A DNA stretch of 64,000 bases from Paraspadella gotoi (taxonomy: Eukaryota > Animalia > Chaetognatha): contig CM119264.1 in assembly GCA_051294375.1 (NCBI GenBank), positions 11,841,100 to 11,905,099 of the forward strand. Direction: 5' to 3'. Shown here one piece after another: positions 63,885-64,000 of this stretch; within the stretch, counting starts at the first letter, position 1; every line of letters begins with the position of its first letter. A model generated the notes under the pieces. It was not told where the DNA came from. It made no database searches and saw only the letters and a list, made by a program, of their open reading frames with translations. Made by a program: the position numbers and the translations under genes.

Positions 63885-64000
63885 CTGATTGGACAAAAAA
63901 CCAAAATGAGAAATCGAATCTGATTGGACGAAATTCGGAGAATGAAACTTACTGAAAAATTAAAAATAAAAATAAAATTAAAAATCAAAAATTAGTAAAA

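Noticed and set aside
63880-63930. Twin CTGATTGGAC (CCAAT) boxes as a promoter
   Set aside because: One overlaps the splice acceptor (ccaatcag|) of an internal exon; the gene appears to continue beyond the window.

Overview
AT-rich eukaryotic (most likely invertebrate animal) draft-assembly window with many (GA/CT)n microsatellites, N gaps (five of exactly 25 N) and noisy long-read segments. The ORF track is mostly microsatellite noise. Manual splicing of the minus strand reveals dozens of short GT-AG exons that chain in frame. (i) About 47 kb down to 3.9 kb: Ig-like (C2/I-set) and FN3-like ectodomain exons, a clear transmembrane exon (~19.9-20.1 kb) and a highly divergent tyrosine-kinase-like domain with degenerate catalytic motifs, ending at a stop at 3893 with AATAAA just downstream. 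This is probably one large receptor (pseudo)kinase gene. (ii) About 51-64 kb: divergent cadherin-repeat exons, either a separate gene or the N-terminal part of the same receptor. Three inverted duplications (2.5-19.1 kb, 20.1-21.7 kb, 29.1-34.0 kb) look like long-read fold-back or gap-fill artefacts, and one has a degraded SMRTbell-adapter-like sequence at its centre. The mirror arm of the first carries a 2.2-kb TIR element that is absent from the other arm, giving both a filled and an empty site. Also present: a tetraspanin-like ORF at the left edge and a tRNA-derived SINE-like element. All domain calls are by-eye motif recognition, not database results.
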